This document shows positions 60,916 through 64,000 of a stretch of DNA of 64,000 nt, piece by piece. The notes beneath the pieces are model-generated. The model saw only the letters and a list, made by a program, of their open reading frames with translations. It made no database searches and was not told where the DNA came from. Position numbers and translations under genes: made by a program. The first letter of the stretch is position 1, and each line of letters opens with the position of its first letter. The DNA comes from Nitrospirota bacterium (GTDB lineage Bacteria; Nitrospirota; Nitrospiria; Nitrospirales; NS-4): contig CAWBGA010000014.1 of assembly GCA_963788195.1 (NCBI GenBank), positions 1 through 64,000 of the forward strand, read 5' to 3'.

Positions 60916-63033
60916 TCACGAAAACTTCCACCGCAGAGTCGCCAGCGCTGAAAGGGGATACCCAGGAAGCGCGCCGCCGTTCACGCCGTTCCTGAACCAA
61001 TCTCTGTCGCCGATGTTGTACACGTTGACTTGGACATCGTACTTTTTTTGCCGATAAAAGAAGACCAGGTCACCCAGGATGTAGTCTGGAACCTTTTGTC
61101 TGTTAGCCATATCGATGAAGAAACCGGCCTGATACGTCACCCCCCCGCCGACTCCAAACCCTTTCACCGCACCTTCCTGAAATTCATAGGACGTGAAGAG
61201 CGAGGCGTTGGTGCGCGGCACACCAATTACGGTGTGATCCTGGAAGGCAGTATTGGGCGCCAGAAGGGTGACATATTTCGCCTGTTGCCATGAGTAGGTA
61301 GCAATGGTGGACCATCCTCGTACAGGTTGCGCCGTGAGATCGAGCTCGACTCCCCTAGTACGCTGCTTACCCACGGGAATGGGATCGGGCTGGCCGAGGA
61401 TGGTCTGCAAAAAGTTCTCGCGGGTGACTTCATACACCGCCAGATTCGTGGCTAATTTTCCGTCCCAAAAGAAAGAGCGATTGCCCAGCTCGTATTGGAG
61501 CGCGGATTCCGGGGCAAACGCGGTCCGATTTGATTCGGTGGTCAGAATGGCCCGGTGACTTTTAGCGATTCCTCCGTAGAAGGAAGTCATCTTCGAAGGT
61601 GAATAGACGAGGCCGGCCTCACCGCTCAAGCGATCGGCCGAATTTGACTCATTGGTGGCCGACTGACCGGCCAACTTCTGGCCGTCATCGGCAACGTCAA
61701 AGTGGTCGTACCGCCCGGCGAGACGCACCTGCCATTGCTCGTTGAACTTGACTTGATCCTGGAGATACAGCCCATATTGATTCGCTTCGATGGATCGATC
61801 GAAATTCTTGACGAACGGCAGTCCGGGCAGCGCCATTTCTGGAAAGATGGGGTTACGAATATCGGCGATGTTCGGCAACGCCGCGGTTCGGCGAACGGTG
61901 CTGATACGGTCTTGGTGGAATTCGAACCCTGACAGGACGGTATGCTGGATACCCGCGGCCACGAATGTCCAGACCGGTTCCACTTGGTAGAGGATTTCAT
62001 TGTGACGATCTGTTTGGTCACGTAGATTTCTTGCTGTCAAACTATTTCCGACGACGAGGGGCGCTTGTTCACGCAGCAGATGTAAGCCGTGATTCATATA
62101 GACAAAGTTTTGCCTGATGGTAAGCACGTTGCTGACTTCCCAGGCGTGCGCAATGAGTCCCCGATAAATCTGCGTATTCGTCGTTGAAAGGGGGGAGTAC
62201 AGTTTCGTTGATGCCGGCACGGACACGAGACCGGTGCCATTGAATGGGATTCCAACCGGATCTGCGACAACGATAAGTTCGCGGTAATCGAAATCAAACC
62301 GGAGCGTATGCTTTGAGTTTGCTTTCCATAACAGACGAGGCAACACTTCTACTGTCTGATTACTAATGTCCCGAAAGCCTCGCGAATTGTAGTAGTTGCC
62401 GATCAACCGATACGCTAACTTATCTTCTACAAGCGACCCCGTTGCATCGCCCTGCCCATAGTAGGTGTCAAAACTGCCGATGCCCGTCCTCAGTTCGTAC
62501 GCCGGCCCCATCTGTGGCTTCTTGGTAATCAGATTGATGCTCCCGCCCGGATCGCCGCTGCCATAGAGCGCTGAGCCTGGTCCTTTGAGGACTTCAATTT
62601 GCTCCACGTCGGTCAGAGTCCGCGCATATCCGTTGATGGTAAATCCATCGGGAATGCCGTCACGGAGAAAGTTCAGATTCAGTCCGCGTGACAGATAGTT
62701 GTTGAAGAAACCGTAATTGCTTGAACTGCTCCGAGTCAGGCCGCTGACATTTCGAATCGCATCATCGAGGACAACGGCTCCCTGGTCTCGTATCAGTGGT
62801 TGGGGAATGACCTGTATCGAGCGCGGCACTTCACGCAGCGGCGTTTCAGTCTTAGTCCCCGTAGTTGATTCCTCCACCCGGTACCCTTCTTCTTGCGGTG
62901 CGATCACGCGAATTTCCTCGATCTTCACAGGTTTCTCTTGGGTTTGCGCGAGGGCGAGAGAAGTGCCAAGCGCCATACTCATGAGCGCAATAAAACAAAC
63001 ACACTTTCGAGGACCGGTATATTTACTTATCAT
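60916..63033 (-). CDS. TonB-dependent (siderophore-type) receptor
   Basis: TKTETPLREVPRSIQVI, IEVLKGPGSALYG, GGSINLITKKP, C-terminal WKF. Confidence 0.95.
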   Translation of the reverse strand: MISKYTGPRKCVCFIALMSMALGTSLALAQTQEKPVKIEEIRVIAPQEEGYRVEESTTGTKTETPLREVPRSIQVIPQPLIRDQGAVVLDDAIRNVSGLTRSSSSNYGFFNNYLSRGLNLNFLRDGIPDGFTINGYARTLTDVEQIEVLKGPGSALYGSGDPGGSINLITKKPQMGPAYELRTGIGSFDTYYGQGDATGSLVEDKLAYRLIGNYYNSRGFRDISNQTVEVLPRLLWKANSKHTLRFDFDYRELIVVADPVGIPFNGTGLVSVPASTKLYSPLSTTNTQIYRGLIAHAWEVSNVLTIRQNFVYMNHGLHLLREQAPLVVGNSLTARNLRDQTDRHNEILYQVEPVWTFVAAGIQHTVLSGFEFHQDRISTVRRTAALPNIADIRNPIFPEMALPGLPFVKNFDRSIEANQYGLYLQDQVKFNEQWQVRLAGRYDHFDVADDGQKLAGQSATNESNSADRLSGEAGLVYSPSKMTSFYGGIAKSHRAILTTESNRTAFAPESALQYELGNRSFFWDGKLATNLAVYEVTRENFLQTILGQPDPIPVGKQRTRGVELDLTAQPVRGWSTIATYSWQQAKYVTLLAPNTAFQDHTVIGVPRTNASLFTSYEFQEGAVKGFGVGGGVTYQAGFFIDMANRQKVPDYILGDLVFFYRQKKYDVQVNVYNIGDRDWFRNGVNGGALPGYPLSALATLRWKFS

Positions 63034-63147
63034 AATGTTGTCGATGGCTCCTTTCCCTAACTCTTTAGTTTAAATTGAAAGCTAACGTGATCCTGAAATC
63101 CATGGGAGAACTCCTCCGCTGTTTTCGACGTTGAACCGGCTTCGCCG

Positions 63148-63936
63148 TTAGGAATCAGAAAAGGAATTCTTTTTCCGGAGAGGAGCGAAGTGAGATTGAA
63201 GTACTGTTCGACGAGCTTTTCTCCCCCTGACAAAGTATCGGGTCCACAACAGCAGCCCGGAAAGACCCATGATGAGCAGAGGGATTCCGGTAAAGTTCAA
63301 CAGTGTTTTGTCAAAACCGAAGAAATTCAGCTGGTGAAGTTGCATGACGAGAAAGTGCAACTTTCGCCAGCGTCCTTCGTCTTCGATAATTTCGCCTGTC
63401 TGACGGTCCAAAATGATCTGAGTGCGATCCGCATCATCGAACTTCACGCGAACAGCGTCCTGGGGGGCGCGTTTGTTTCGCGGAATATATTGCTCAAATT
63501 GCACCTCCTTGGCGGGTGCGAGCGAGGGCACGTACTGTTCGGCAATCGTTTTGGCTACCGCTTCCGACAGCGGCGACAATCTCTCACCGGTTTGGGCATC
63601 CAGAATCAGAGACTGGACTTTCCCTTTGATACGCGTTTTGATTTCATAGACAAGGCGACCGAAGTCAGCCCGTAGGACGACTCGTTCTGCAGTCATGTTG
63701 TCGCCGAATGTCTTTCTCGCCTCTGTGAACACTGTACTTAACGGAATGCTCGTCGCCTCCAATGGCGGTGCGGGGATCGATCGTACCTGTTCCTTGTACC
63801 GCTCCGGCCAATAGAGAGATTTGGAGTTTGCCCAGAGGAGCCCTGTCACGACAGAAAGAAAAAGAAAGCCCATCGTTGCAACTGCCAGCCACCGGTGCAG
63901 ACCTCTGGTCCATCGCTCATCCATCCAGCGTGCCAT
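63148..63936 (-). CDS. PepSY-domain membrane protein
   Basis: LHRWL..VTGL, DAQTGE and DRQTGE repeats, LH.L..F; upstream of the TonB receptor. Confidence 0.85.
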   Translation of the reverse strand: MARWMDERWTRGLHRWLAVATMGFLFLSVVTGLLWANSKSLYWPERYKEQVRSIPAPPLEATSIPLSTVFTEARKTFGDNMTAERVVLRADFGRLVYEIKTRIKGKVQSLILDAQTGERLSPLSEAVAKTIAEQYVPSLAPAKEVQFEQYIPRNKRAPQDAVRVKFDDADRTQIILDRQTGEIIEDEGRWRKLHFLVMQLHQLNFFGFDKTLLNFTGIPLLIMGLSGLLLWTRYFVRGRKARRTVLQSHFAPLRKKNSFSDS

Positions 63937-64000
63937 CTTATTTCTCCGTGACCTTTCGTTCGCCGCCCACGTCAAGCGTCAGACTCGTCCGATACCGAAC

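Overview
This is a GC-rich bacterial chromosomal window, probably Nitrospirota (inferred from gene content; not tested). Most of it is housekeeping: valS-nadC-birA-coaX, grpE-dnaK-dnaJ-rsmE, pdxB, aroE-aroK, ileS-lspA-rluD, nadA, and a TPP riboswitch leading thiC-thi4. It also carries transporters and channels, two TA-like pairs and an accessory block at about 18-25 kb. Main observations: (1) An intact IS621-like IS110 element (4880-6040) sits in a REP-like palindrome. Its bridge-RNA guides, CT core, donor site and circle-junction promoter can be read from the sequence, and the guides point at the genome's own REP family. (2) An unassigned structured motif occurs three times in tandem with covarying stems (14282-14772). 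(3) rtcB is bracketed by two near-identical 72-bp hairpins. (4) An S8 protease, protealysin and emfourin form a cluster with an attC-like site. (5) A methyltransferase mini-island is inserted through a duplicated rluE 3' end. Four frameshifts in three genes fall at short base runs and look like assembly errors. No rRNA, tRNA or CRISPR array was recognised.
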